The position numbers were made by a program, and so were the translations under genes. Positions 9,783 through 19,377 of a DNA stretch of 25,171 nucleotides are shown piece by piece. Source of the stretch: Thecamonas trahens ATCC 50062 (taxonomy: Eukaryota > Protista > Apusomonadida); NCBI RefSeq assembly GCF_000142905.1, contig NW_013657608.1, positions 86,368-111,538 on the forward strand, written 5' to 3'. Every line of letters starts with the position of its first letter. Position 1 is the first letter of the stretch. The notes under the pieces were generated by a model that saw nothing but the letters and a program-made list of their open reading frames with translations, was not told the origin of the DNA and did no database searches.

Positions 9783-12700
9783 TCACCCCTGCTCCATCAT
9801 CGACGCAAACAGCGGGTTGCGCGGCACAGGCGACGGCATAGCCTGGACCTGCCCACCGCCGCCCACACTGGCGTCTCCGGTCATCACAATCGAGCCCGGT
9901 GTCGCCAGCGCCGCCGTGTCAAACGCGGAGCCGTACGCAGCAGACTCCATGCCACCACCCGCCGAGCCGCCAAACGACGCCACCGCTGACGAGCCCGACG
10001 AGCCACCCGGTGAGTCGGCCACGCCGATCGTGTGCATCGCTCCGCCGCCGTTGCCGTTGATCGTGTGCAGCTCCGTGTCCGTCGTCATCCGGCCCTCGGC
10101 CTCGGCCTGCGTGTACTTGTCGTCGACCACCGCCGCGTCGCCGGCAACCCGGAACTGGCCTGACTCGTAAAACTCGTCCTCGGCCTCAGCCTCAGACTTG
10201 CGCATTAGCCACAGGTCGATGCCGTTGCCCACGAAAATCGCCAGCGTGTTGACCACAATCGCCGTCACCACCACAATCCCGCGGAAGACTCCGTCCTCGA
10301 TCGTTCCGCCCTCGAGCACTGCTGCGCACGAGCCGAGACACACCATCGCAAGAATGTTGTGGAACCTAGAGAGGTACGGCTGCAAAAGACAGAGCTGGAG
10401 GAACGACGCCCCCAGCACCACTAGCGCCGCATCCGCCTTGGACACTGCCGAGTAGAAAAAGGTGCTCATCGCTACAACGCCAAACTTGCGGAGCATGATA
10501 AACGTCTCAAAGTAGTACTGCTGCTCCTGGAACCGCGCCACAAGGAACCCGTATCGGAGCTGGAACACAATGAGTCCCATCGCCGCGTCCTCCTGCGCAG
10601 CCGCGTTCCGTTTGTACAGCAGCATGAAAATGCCCAGTGGGATCGCTAGGCAGTACAAGCCGAAAAAGAGGACCGCAAACGGAAAGACTGCCCAGTACGA
10701 GCTGGTGAAGCACGTCCGCGACGGTGCCACATCCAGCGCCCACCTTCCGTCGGAACCCTTGTTGCATCCAAAGTACGACATGCACATCCCGGTCAGCGGC
10801 AGATACAGCAGTACAAGAAGCTGATAGAACGACCGCACCATCGCGTCCTTCAGCGCCTCCACTGTCAGCGGCTCGCTCGCCTCGCCATCTTCATCCATGT
10901 TGCATCCCGACGCTTCGTAGCGCGCCACAGCTGCTGCCTCGCGCTGCCCGCCCCGCTTGCGGATGTACACATACCACAGCGAGCCCACAACGCCAAACGG
11001 AATGCAGAACATGACCGGAAGGAGCATCGTGCCCCACCACTTGAGCATATACACGTCCACTCCCTCAGACGCGCACTCGGGTGCCGCAAGATCAAAGTTG
11101 AGGTTGAGGAACGAAATCGCAGAAAACCACGCGTTCGCAAACTCGCCCCAGTCCAGCGCAATCCGCCCGTAGATCGCAGAGATCTGCAGCGAGTTGAGCC
11201 CAATCATCGCCGCCGCAAACCGGTAGCTCAGTGCCTTGCGCGTGTTGAAGTAGATGAGCGCAAAGACAAGCACAAACGCGAGTACAATCATCGCAATAAG
11301 CACAAACGCAGTCGTGTTGGCACACTTGTGGCACTTGTCGCTCAGCTTGTAGTACCCGCTCGCACAGTCGGCACACAGCTGCGCATCGTACCCGACGCTG
11401 CACCGCCCATCTCCCGCGCACGCCTCGGCCAGCTTGCAACTCACAAACACCCCGCCCTCACCAGGGTAGAACCCAGGCTGCGCGTACGGCGGCTTGAGCT
11501 TTCCGTCGCACACTCCGCCCTCGGGGCACGCCACACACGCCACGTCCACCTTTCCTTGCGGCGAGTAAAAGCCCGGCGAGCATGTGCAAGGCAGGTCAAT
11601 CCGCCCATCCGGCGTCACGTCTGTTGTGTTGAGCGCAGACAAGTCGCGCTCGGTCCCGGCCGGGCATGAGTCACAGCTCGTCGCCCCATTGCCAAAGTTG
11701 GATGCGCCGTCGTCGCACGACACGCACGGCGCGATCGAGACATCTGCAGAATAGGTACCCTCCAAACAAATCCCGCACACAATTGGCGCTCCGTCGAGCG
11801 ACCGTCGCCCGAATCCAGGCACGCATGCAGAGATGTTTGCCCGCAGCACGCCCACAGGACTCACACGCGCAGGCGACACCGTTGCGTGGACTGTCACCTG
11901 TGGCGCGCCCTCGAGAACGCCGCCGCCAAGGCCTTCCACGGTCACGTCCACAAACGAGACTACAGATGAGCTCTCCATCGGCTTGGCCCGGTCGCCACCA
12001 GAGAGCTGGAAACCCGTCGCTGGTGTCACAAGATCGAGCTGCACCGTAATCCCCGGGTCGATCACCGCCTGTCCAAACACGTCCACCGGCGAGATCCGAG
12101 CAGCATTGCCGAGCTCGAGGCCTGACGACCGCGTCAGCACCGGCGACTCGGCGCTGCCCGACGATGTCCACTCGAGGACGTGCGGCGGCGACGCAAGCAC
12201 TTGCCCATACAGCGCGCCGCCGCCAGAAAACGTGCCAAACACCTCGTCGACGCTCCTAAACGTCCCGGACGCCGGATCGTACAACTTGAGCCACGGGAGT
12301 GCGCTCGGTATAAGCCGCGCTGTGGCTCCTGCCGCCAGCGAGCCGGGCGGGAGGCAGGCAAAGACCGCACCGCCACCCACACTCGCCGAGTTGCCCGACA
12401 CATCCAGCGACGATCCCCGCACGTCCGCAAACTCGACAGGCACTGAGCACACAAGTAGTGCTCCACCAAGCACAGCAACGTTACTCCGCAACGCAGAGCC
12501 AGTCCCGACAATCCGCGTCATCCCGCTCACTCCCGACGCCGCCACGCCCTCGGCTACAAGCGACGACGCTGTCGCGCCCGCAGGCACCGTGTCCGGCACA
12601 GCAAGCACCGCAAGCCCGCCGCCGTATCCGGCGGCATTCGACTCGATCACCGTCGTGTTCAGCTCACTGCTCACACGTGTGCCAACAAGCAGTACGCCAC

Positions 12701-15700
12701 CGCCGGCTGCAGAGGCAGAGTTGCCGGCCACGCGGCAGTCAACCAGGACCACCTCGCAGGATGACGCCGCAATACACGAGACCGTCAGCCCGCCGCCAGA
12801 TCCGGTCCCGCCTGCAGAGTTGCCTGAAAGCGTCACCCGGGTAAGCGCCACCCGCGCTGTCCCCGCCGCGTTGGTTTGCAACAGGATGCCGCCACCAGAC
12901 CCACCTGTCGCAGCGTTGCCGGTCAGCACCACGTCCTCCATCTCGATGGCCACATTCGAGCCGACCGCCGCAACGCCGCCGCCGCCGCTACTAGCCACGT
13001 TGTTCTCAAATCTGCTCCGCCGCGCCACCAGGCTCCCGCCGCTCTCTACCAGCACGCCGCCGCCGTGCCCGCGGTTGAGCTGGAACACTGCACCGGTGAT
13101 CGGAACGGCCGATCCGTCACGGACCACCACATCCTCCATTACCAACGTCGAGCCACTGCCGGTCACACGGATGCCGGCCGGCCCGCTGGGTGAGCCCTTG
13201 GTCGCCCGAGCTCCGATGATCGTCATGTTGCGAAGCGTAACGACGGCGCCCTCGCGGACATCAAACAACCCGCCGCCGGTCCCAAGCCGGCAGTCAATCG
13301 TCGCTCCGTTGCCGTCAATCACCATCGACTTGTACAGCGGGTACGGGCCGGCGTCAAAGCACCCGTACAGCGCAGCATTAGGAGGGAGAACAATCATGTC
13401 GGAAGCACACCCCGAGGCGAGACCGATAAAGTACGTCAGTCGTGCCAGCGTCGACCCGAGCGTCGCTGGCGTCAGCGTCATCGTCTTGGGCGAGACCGCG
13501 TCAAGCACTCGGAACAGCGTTGTGCCTGGGAACCACCCAAGAGTTCCCAGATACTCAGCCACACCGTCAACAGCACCGTCCTGGTTAAAGTCTACCCCAG
13601 TCGAGAGCGAAATCTGAAACGAGCCCGAAGAGACAGCCTGCGTCGCGAATGTACCATCACCGACACCCTGGAAAAAGCCAAGGAACCCGGGCTCAAACCG
13701 CCCGCGGTACACAATGTCGTCGTTGCCATCACCGTCGTAGTCGGTCACAATCATGCCGACGTCATAGTCTCTGGCCACAATGGAGGAAAAGTTGGTCCGC
13801 CCCGCGTTTGACGGGTCAAACACGGCATTGCCGTAGTTTTCCAGCAGCACAAAGCCAGCGTCGATCCCAGCACATGCAATGTCGAGATCGCCGTCCTTGT
13901 CGGCGTCAATGAGCGCAATAGCGTAGACAAAAGCCACAGGCTGCGCCGCTGTCGAAGCAGCCACAGAGAGGCCCGCCGTAAACCCGCCCGACGAAGAGCC
14001 AAGATAGATGTGGACCGCCCCAGTCGTCTTGTCGGCCGTCACAATGTCCGGCCACTCGTCGCTGTTCATCGGCGCCACTTCAAACTCGGCCAACTGCACA
14101 AAGGTGTCAATCACGGTCCGCGCCGAGAACCCAATTGTCCCGTTGTCCCACTCCACAAACAAGTTTCGGACAAAGAACAGCTCGGTCGCCGACGAGCCGA
14201 CAAGATCTACGTCAGCGTCGGTGTCGATGTCGACCGGCGCAACAACGCTGACCGCCAGGCCAGGCGAGTACAGTGCAGTCCCGGTCCATCCAGACGCCAC
14301 AACCGCCGCAAACGAGCCGGAGCCGGCGTTGATCCCGTACACCACCCTGTTGAGCGAGGGCGAGACCGCAAGGATGTCAATGTCGCCGTCGAGATCCAGA
14401 TCGGCCGCCGCCGCCCGGCTTACTCCTGCGAACGTCGTGTCGAGCGCCCGTGCCGTAAAGGTGCCGCCCACGCCATCAGTGTTCTCGATCCACTTGACCG
14501 TGTTGGTCGAGTCAGTCGTGACAAGGTAGTCCTGATCGCCGTCGCCGTCAAAGTCATGCGACTCCATCGTCTCGGGCGTCTCGCTCGCAATGTCGAGCAA
14601 TGTGTTGCCCAGCACATCGATCGGCGAGTTGCGCGCAAAGAGCACCTTGTCTTGCGCCCGGTCGGCCACCGCAACGTCGAGCTGTCCGTCCACGTTAAAG
14701 TCGAACAGCGCGAGCGTCTGGCACCCGTCGCACTTGGCAATCGTCCGCGGCGTGGCCCACATGTTCTCCACCGAGCCGACGCCACCGTTGTAGTTGTTCG
14801 GCACCCACGCTGCAATGTTGTTTCCCTGGGCCGCAATTGCAATGTCCAGATCTCCGTCAGCATCAATATCACCAACCACGACCTGCACCGGCGTGTCAAA
14901 GTACGTGGTGCTGATGATCCGCGGTGCATCCCACGTCGTACCTGTCGCGCTGCCTCCGCGAATCCAGAGCACCGCGTTGTCCTCACTTGTCACCACCACG
15001 TCTTCAAAGGTGTCGCCGTCAAAGTCGGCTACCGCAAGCGAGGTCGACTTGTCAAGGAGCGCCACGTTGGACGCCACCGGCTGGACTCCGTCCTCAAACC
15101 CGCTTCCCGTATTCTTCAGCCAGTACACGTTGTTCGGCGCGGAATGGTGGGTTGCCACCACGAGGTCAAAGTCTGTGTCGCCGTCGATGTCCACCGCTGC
15201 CATCGCCCCCGGCCTGTCGAGCAGCGCCGGGGACGCAATGATCGAAACTCCGGCCGCAAACGTGTCGACGGCCGTCTGCTCAAAGTAGATGATCGTCGGC
15301 GTTCCTGCGTCCTGGTCGACCACCGCAATGTCGCCAAGCGTGTTGCCGGTAAAATCGGCCATGATGAGAAAGGTGAACCGGCCATACGACGAGGCACCCG
15401 GTGGAACCACCTCAACTCGGACGAACGCTCCTCCGGTGTTGCGGTAAAAGTCGACCGCAGCGTCGGACGGCGAGTCGGACGCCGCCGCCAGATCGAGCAG
15501 ACCCTCGCCGCCCGAGTCAAAGCCAGCCAGAAAGTCGGGGAGCACAAACCGGCCGGTCGAGATGGTGATGGCCGACGACCAACCAAACGAGTCGGTGTTA
15601 CGGAACCAGACCAGATTGCCTGAAGTGCCCGAGATGACCGCCACGTCCTCAAATGGGTCGGCGTCGATAAAGCCCGTCACAAGCTTGTTGCCCTGGTCGA

Positions 15701-15842
15701 CAAGGCCAATTTGGGTCAGCGTCGCTGGCACTGGCTCGCAGGAAATGGCGACACCAGCAACAGGCGGGAGGAGGGTGACAAGCGCCACCGCAGCCACCAC
15801 AGCCACAACAGCGCTTCCCATCCACAAGCCACAATCACGCAT
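9783..15842 (-). CDS. Giant multi-pass surface protein: signal peptide, 14 FG-GAP/VCBS-type Ca-binding repeats, Pmp-like beta-helix, Cys-rich (ephrin-receptor-like) repeats and ~9-TM TRP-like C-terminal domain
   Basis: An uninterrupted ORF of about 2,020 aa from ATG 15842 (alternative 15821). It has a hydrophobic N-terminal signal, DxDxDGxxD motifs, repeated 'NxAxxGGG' motifs, CxxCxxG(F/Y/T) repeats and many TM helices, including 'RYGFLVARF...YYFETFIMLRK'. Confidence 0.88.
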   Translation of the reverse strand: MRDCGLWMGSAVVAVVAAVALVTLLPPVAGVAISCEPVPATLTQIGLVDQGNKLVTGFIDADPFEDVAVISGTSGNLVWFRNTDSFGWSSAITISTGRFVLPDFLAGFDSGGEGLLDLAAASDSPSDAAVDFYRNTGGAFVRVEVVPPGASSYGRFTFLIMADFTGNTLGDIAVVDQDAGTPTIIYFEQTAVDTFAAGVSIIASPALLDRPGAMAAVDIDGDTDFDLVVATHHSAPNNVYWLKNTGSGFEDGVQPVASNVALLDKSTSLAVADFDGDTFEDVVVTSEDNAVLWIRGGSATGTTWDAPRIISTTYFDTPVQVVVGDIDADGDLDIAIAAQGNNIAAWVPNNYNGGVGSVENMWATPRTIAKCDGCQTLALFDFNVDGQLDVAVADRAQDKVLFARNSPIDVLGNTLLDIASETPETMESHDFDGDGDQDYLVTTDSTNTVKWIENTDGVGGTFTARALDTTFAGVSRAAAADLDLDGDIDILAVSPSLNRVVYGINAGSGSFAAVVASGWTGTALYSPGLAVSVVAPVDIDTDADVDLVGSSATELFFVRNLFVEWDNGTIGFSARTVIDTFVQLAEFEVAPMNSDEWPDIVTADKTTGAVHIYLGSSSGGFTAGLSVAASTAAQPVAFVYAIALIDADKDGDLDIACAGIDAGFVLLENYGNAVFDPSNAGRTNFSSIVARDYDVGMIVTDYDGDGNDDIVYRGRFEPGFLGFFQGVGDGTFATQAVSSGSFQISLSTGVDFNQDGAVDGVAEYLGTLGWFPGTTLFRVLDAVSPKTMTLTPATLGSTLARLTYFIGLASGCASDMIVLPPNAALYGCFDAGPYPLYKSMVIDGNGATIDCRLGTGGGLFDVREGAVVTLRNMTIIGARATKGSPSGPAGIRVTGSGSTLVMEDVVVRDGSAVPITGAVFQLNRGHGGGVLVESGGSLVARRSRFENNVASSGGGGVAAVGSNVAIEMEDVVLTGNAATGGSGGGILLQTNAAGTARVALTRVTLSGNSAGGTGSGGGLTVSCIAASSCEVVLVDCRVAGNSASAAGGGVLLVGTRVSSELNTTVIESNAAGYGGGLAVLAVPDTVPAGATASSLVAEGVAASGVSGMTRIVGTGSALRSNVAVLGGALLVCSVPVEFADVRGSSLDVSGNSASVGGGAVFACLPPGSLAAGATARLIPSALPWLKLYDPASGTFRSVDEVFGTFSGGGALYGQVLASPPHVLEWTSSGSAESPVLTRSSGLELGNAARISPVDVFGQAVIDPGITVQLDLVTPATGFQLSGGDRAKPMESSSVVSFVDVTVEGLGGGVLEGAPQVTVHATVSPARVSPVGVLRANISACVPGFGRRSLDGAPIVCGICLEGTYSADVSIAPCVSCDDGASNFGNGATSCDSCPAGTERDLSALNTTDVTPDGRIDLPCTCSPGFYSPQGKVDVACVACPEGGVCDGKLKPPYAQPGFYPGEGGVFVSCKLAEACAGDGRCSVGYDAQLCADCASGYYKLSDKCHKCANTTAFVLIAMIVLAFVLVFALIYFNTRKALSYRFAAAMIGLNSLQISAIYGRIALDWGEFANAWFSAISFLNLNFDLAAPECASEGVDVYMLKWWGTMLLPVMFCIPFGVVGSLWYVYIRKRGGQREAAAVARYEASGCNMDEDGEASEPLTVEALKDAMVRSFYQLLVLLYLPLTGMCMSYFGCNKGSDGRWALDVAPSRTCFTSSYWAVFPFAVLFFGLYCLAIPLGIFMLLYKRNAAAQEDAAMGLIVFQLRYGFLVARFQEQQYYFETFIMLRKFGVVAMSTFFYSAVSKADAALVVLGASFLQLCLLQPYLSRFHNILAMVCLGSCAAVLEGGTIEDGVFRGIVVVTAIVVNTLAIFVGNGIDLWLMRKSEAEAEDEFYESGQFRVAGDAAVVDDKYTQAEAEGRMTTDTELHTINGNGGGAMHTIGVADSPGGSSGSSAVASFGGSAGGGMESAAYGSAFDTAALATPGSIVMTGDASVGGGGQVQAMPSPVPRNPLFASMMEQG

Positions 15843-16242
15843 GCTGTCGAAACCTCTCAGTTGTTGCACGGAGAAGTACGTTGTACAAATGGTGTGAAAG
15901 TGGGATGTATGCCGTCACCCCCGCCGCCTTCCCCTCCCTTCCCCTAGTCGGGAACGCTTTCGTGTTCGCGCGACTGCACCTAAAAAAATAGACAAGCTTC
16001 ACCATTACTCACAAAGTCCCGGTGGCATACCCACGTAATCCAAAACTTTTTTACTGACAGCGCGCGCAAATAATTTTCACCAATGCCGTTTCATCGCCTC
16101 GTGCGGGCAATTATTCTTTGCAAAGGCAGCCACGAGGTGGTTGAGCGTGTGTCGGGGGGAGCAGGCAAGTGCAAGTGCAAGAGCACACCACGCCACTACA
16201 ACTACCCAGCTCCCGTCAACAGTATCTGTTACTGTCAAGTGC

Positions 16243-16992
16243 ATGAGCGCGTCCCCAGAGCGGAAGCGCGAGCGTGAGCGTGAGGCTGCGCTCGCGCGTG
16301 AGCGTGAGGCGTACATTCTGCGGCTGCAGGACCGGCTCTCATTGGCTGAGGCCAAGGCCGCCCGTGTGACTGCACATGCCGAGAAGGAGTCACAAGCGCT
16401 CAAGGCACGCGTGGCCGAGCTGGAGGCCCGGCTCGACGAGCGGCAGTATGCGCAGCGGCTGGAGGTCCGCCGGCTGGTTTCCGAGCGTATGGCCGAAGTC
16501 ACCGCCGCATTCGAGGCCGAGCGGGTCGGCGGTGCTGTCGAGGGTCGGCTGCGCGAGGCCAATGTCCGGCTACGCCGCAAGGTCCGCGAGCTGGAAAACG
16601 CCATCGAGGTCCAGAGCAAGCACATCGTCGAGCTGACTCGCGAGCGTGACGACGCCACCAAGCGCATCTCCCGCACTCTTGTCGGTTATGACATGACCTT
16701 TGGCACCTACACCACCTTCACTACTCTGCCGGAGCTTCCTGTCGGGGGCGGGCAGAACGGCTCAAGCCCCGACCTTGCCGCCAGCCCCGCCCATCCGTTG
16801 GCCTCCGACTCGTCGAGTGGCAATGCTGCCGCAATAAGCTCGTCTGATGTTGTCCGCCGACGCCATCCGTCGTCGAGCCCTTCACGCTCGCCGGTCCGCG
16901 GCCGACTTCGGCCTCATCCGCGGAGCCTGCCGTCCGTCCACGACAACGCCCACTCTCCGCAACACAATCCCAACGACTCGTTCGAGTTTTGA
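16243..16992 (+). CDS. Hypothetical coiled-coil protein; may extend to 17050 through a +1 frame break
   Basis: ATG 16243 (MSASPERK). An E/R/A/L-rich heptad region is followed by a Ser/Pro-rich tail, and codon usage matches the other genes. Confidence 0.7.
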   Translation: MSASPERKREREREAALAREREAYILRLQDRLSLAEAKAARVTAHAEKESQALKARVAELEARLDERQYAQRLEVRRLVSERMAEVTAAFEAERVGGAVEGRLREANVRLRRKVRELENAIEVQSKHIVELTRERDDATKRISRTLVGYDMTFGTYTTFTTLPELPVGGGQNGSSPDLAASPAHPLASDSSSGNAAAISSSDVVRRRHPSSSPSRSPVRGRLRPHPRSLPSVHDNAHSPQHNPNDSFEF

Positions 16993-17084
16993 CTATGCAA
17001 CACCGCCGCGAAATGACGCTTCCGTGCAAAGCCTGGAGCCGATGCGGTAGGGCTTCCCTCTCCCCAAACTCAATGAACAGTTGC

Positions 17085-19178
17085 TCATGCCCATTTCGGC
17101 CGGAATACCTCAGTCCGGCGGCGGGCAGTGGGGCCCCGCCCGCGCCCGCGCCCGCGCCCGCGCCCTCGCCCGCCCACGCGTCCGCGTCCGCGGCTCGACC
17201 CGCGGCGCGCGGGCACAATCCTGGGCATTGACGCAGGCCCGCCGAGTGCCTGCGCTACGCTGCTCGGTCTGCTCCTCTGCCCGTGCGTACTCGCCTTGTC
17301 GTCCCCCACTGCTTGCGCGTACGCCATCGCCCTCTCTAGCCTCCGTCGCGCAGACGACGGTCGTGCCCGCGGCCCCCCGCGCCGCGGTGAAGGTCCCGCC
17401 GACGTCGGTCGCGGTCGTGGCGGCGGCGACGGGACCGGAGCCGGCGCCACAACCGGGGCTGCTGCTTCGCTCGCCTCGAGCGCGAGTAGATCAACGTCGC
17501 CCACTCGAAGGCCTGCGACGACGTCGTCGAAACGTGCCGCAAAGTTGCCGAGCGACACAGTCATGTCGTCCAGCAGCATCTGCGTCTCGAGCGCTGTCAT
17601 CTCGGCCACCGCGTCGGGCGGCGGCGCGTCGGCGGCCTCCATCTCGGGCCTTGCGGCCGCGACCTCATTGCCGTTGTCCTCATCCGCGCTCTTGGCTCGT
17701 GTTCCGCTCGCCACTCCAGACTCTTCGGGCTCAGCACGCTCTGCTAGCACAACAACCTCCGCAGATGCTCGAGCCTCGGGCGCCTTCAGTGGCGAGTCCG
17801 AGAGTCCGAGGCTGGCCGACGGAAACGCAAATCGCCGCGCGGCCATCGGGTCGACCTGGAAGCCCGGCATGTAGTCGGACTTGATGTTGTACTTGGCCTT
17901 GAGCGCCGCCATCTCCTCCTCGCTTAGCTCGTAGAGCGGTTCCTCTTGCGCTACCACCGCCACGGGCTCGGGACCGACACCTGCGTCGCGAGTGATCGGC
18001 GCCAGAGGGCGAGCTGCCGCTGCCGCCGCTGCAATCGAGTCGGCCACCATAAGATTCACGTACTCCAGCGAGGGCAAGAGGGTGATGATCTCGGCAAAGA
18101 GCATCGCCGACGGTTCGCCGACAAACAGAGGCGTGTCGCGGGCGTCGAGCTCCACCAGCTCCGGGCAGCCGGTTGCAAGTGGCGCAAAGGCGCTCGTCGC
18201 CGCGATCTGGCATCCACTCACATCGAGCGACTGCAGAACAGGCGCCGTGCTTGCCAGCGGCCCGACGTCGGCCAGCGGGTTGTCCGCCACCGAAAGCTGC
18301 AAGAGTGCAGGAAGCCGTGGGAGCCGGGCGAGGGTGTCGATGCCTGTCGCCGACACGTCCAGGCTCGACAGCTGCGTCAGCTTGGCAAGCGCCGAGAGCC
18401 AGCGAGAGCCGCCGAGCTGGGCATTGCCCGACACGTCGAGCTGGGTCAGCCCGCTCAGATGGGCAATAGGCGCAAGATGCGCCACCTCGTTGCGAGCAAC
18501 GTTGAGCGAGGTCAGCGCTGTTGCCTTGGCCAGTGGCTCGAGCGAGGTCAGAGCGTTGCTGGCCGCGTTGAGCTCGACTAGCCCGCGCGCCTTCTCGATG
18601 CCACGCAGCGAGTTGAGCGCGTTGCCGGCCACGTCGAGCCACTTGAGGTGGACGAGCGAGCCAAGCGGATGCAGCGACGGGATACCGTTGGACGCCAGCG
18701 ACAGCCGCTTCAGCGCCCGGCACGACTCGATGCCGCCGAGATGGGCCAAGTTGTTGGCGTGCGCTGCCAGCGAGGTCAGCGACGCCGGGAGCCAGTTGCC
18801 GAGCTCGGCTAGAAAGTTGCACGAGACGTCGAGCGCCGTCACGCTACCGCCCAGCTCGCCAGCAGCGCTGAGCTCGCGCCCGACCGCTGTCAGCCCAGCC
18901 GCCGCCAGGTCCAGCCGCCCCGTCTTCTTTGTTTGCGACTCGGCCATCCGTTCCTCCAGCACCTCGCGGGTCAGCGGCATCGGCCGTCCTCCTCCACCTG
19001 CGTCGCCATCAGAAACCTCGTCCGGCCCCTTGCCAAGCCCCTGGCTCGCCTCGCCGTCGCCGTCGCCACTGCCGTGTGCCGCTCGAGCGGCTGGTCGGTC
19101 TTGCGTCTCCCACAACCCCTCGGTGTGGAGCCGCAGCGCCAGCACCTCGGCCACCATGTCGGTCAGATCAGCGCTCAT
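17085..19178 (-). CDS. SDS22-like leucine-rich repeat protein with a disordered C-terminus and RG repeats
   Basis: ATG 19178 (MSADLTDM). It has about 12 LxxLxLxxNxL-type repeats (e.g. LKRLSLASNGI, LKWLDVAGNAL, LTSLNVARNEV), an LRR-cap-like 'IITLLPSLEYVN' and C-terminal 'RGRGRGRGRGRG'. Confidence 0.88.
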   Translation of the reverse strand: MSADLTDMVAEVLALRLHTEGLWETQDRPAARAAHGSGDGDGEASQGLGKGPDEVSDGDAGGGGRPMPLTREVLEERMAESQTKKTGRLDLAAAGLTAVGRELSAAGELGGSVTALDVSCNFLAELGNWLPASLTSLAAHANNLAHLGGIESCRALKRLSLASNGIPSLHPLGSLVHLKWLDVAGNALNSLRGIEKARGLVELNAASNALTSLEPLAKATALTSLNVARNEVAHLAPIAHLSGLTQLDVSGNAQLGGSRWLSALAKLTQLSSLDVSATGIDTLARLPRLPALLQLSVADNPLADVGPLASTAPVLQSLDVSGCQIAATSAFAPLATGCPELVELDARDTPLFVGEPSAMLFAEIITLLPSLEYVNLMVADSIAAAAAAARPLAPITRDAGVGPEPVAVVAQEEPLYELSEEEMAALKAKYNIKSDYMPGFQVDPMAARRFAFPSASLGLSDSPLKAPEARASAEVVVLAERAEPEESGVASGTRAKSADEDNGNEVAAARPEMEAADAPPPDAVAEMTALETQMLLDDMTVSLGNFAARFDDVVAGLRVGDVDLLALEASEAAAPVVAPAPVPSPPPRPRPTSAGPSPRRGGPRARPSSARRRLERAMAYAQAVGDDKASTHGQRSRPSSVAQALGGPASMPRIVPARRGSSRGRGRVGGRGRGRGRGRGRGPTARRRTEVFRPKWA

Positions 19179-19377
19179 GGCTGGCGTGGCGTAGTTTGGT
19201 CTTGTCGTGGCCTTGGTGTGGAGTCTTGCCGCTTTGGCACACTTGGTCGCACGCTTGGCCTCTTGCGCCCGCCGCCGCCGTCGTCTGGCGCCAAACTCTG
19301 CCCACCATTCGCCGTCCACCACCACCACCCGTCGCCTGTCACCTTACGTTCCCCACACCCTTCTCCTTCCACCGATC

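Noticed and set aside
11833-15623. Long + strand ORFs (594 aa and 537 aa) antisense to the giant surface protein
   Set aside because: They are antisense shadows with Thr/Ser/Pro- or Arg-rich composition and no domains.
13550-15842. Calling the giant protein an integrin alpha
   Set aside because: It has no GAP caps, no single-TM plus GFFKR tail, and it is multi-pass with 14 repeats.
16045-16060. TTTTTTACTGACAG as a fused branch point and acceptor of a 5' UTR intron
   Set aside because: There is no supportable upstream exon, and it could equally be an AT-rich promoter element.
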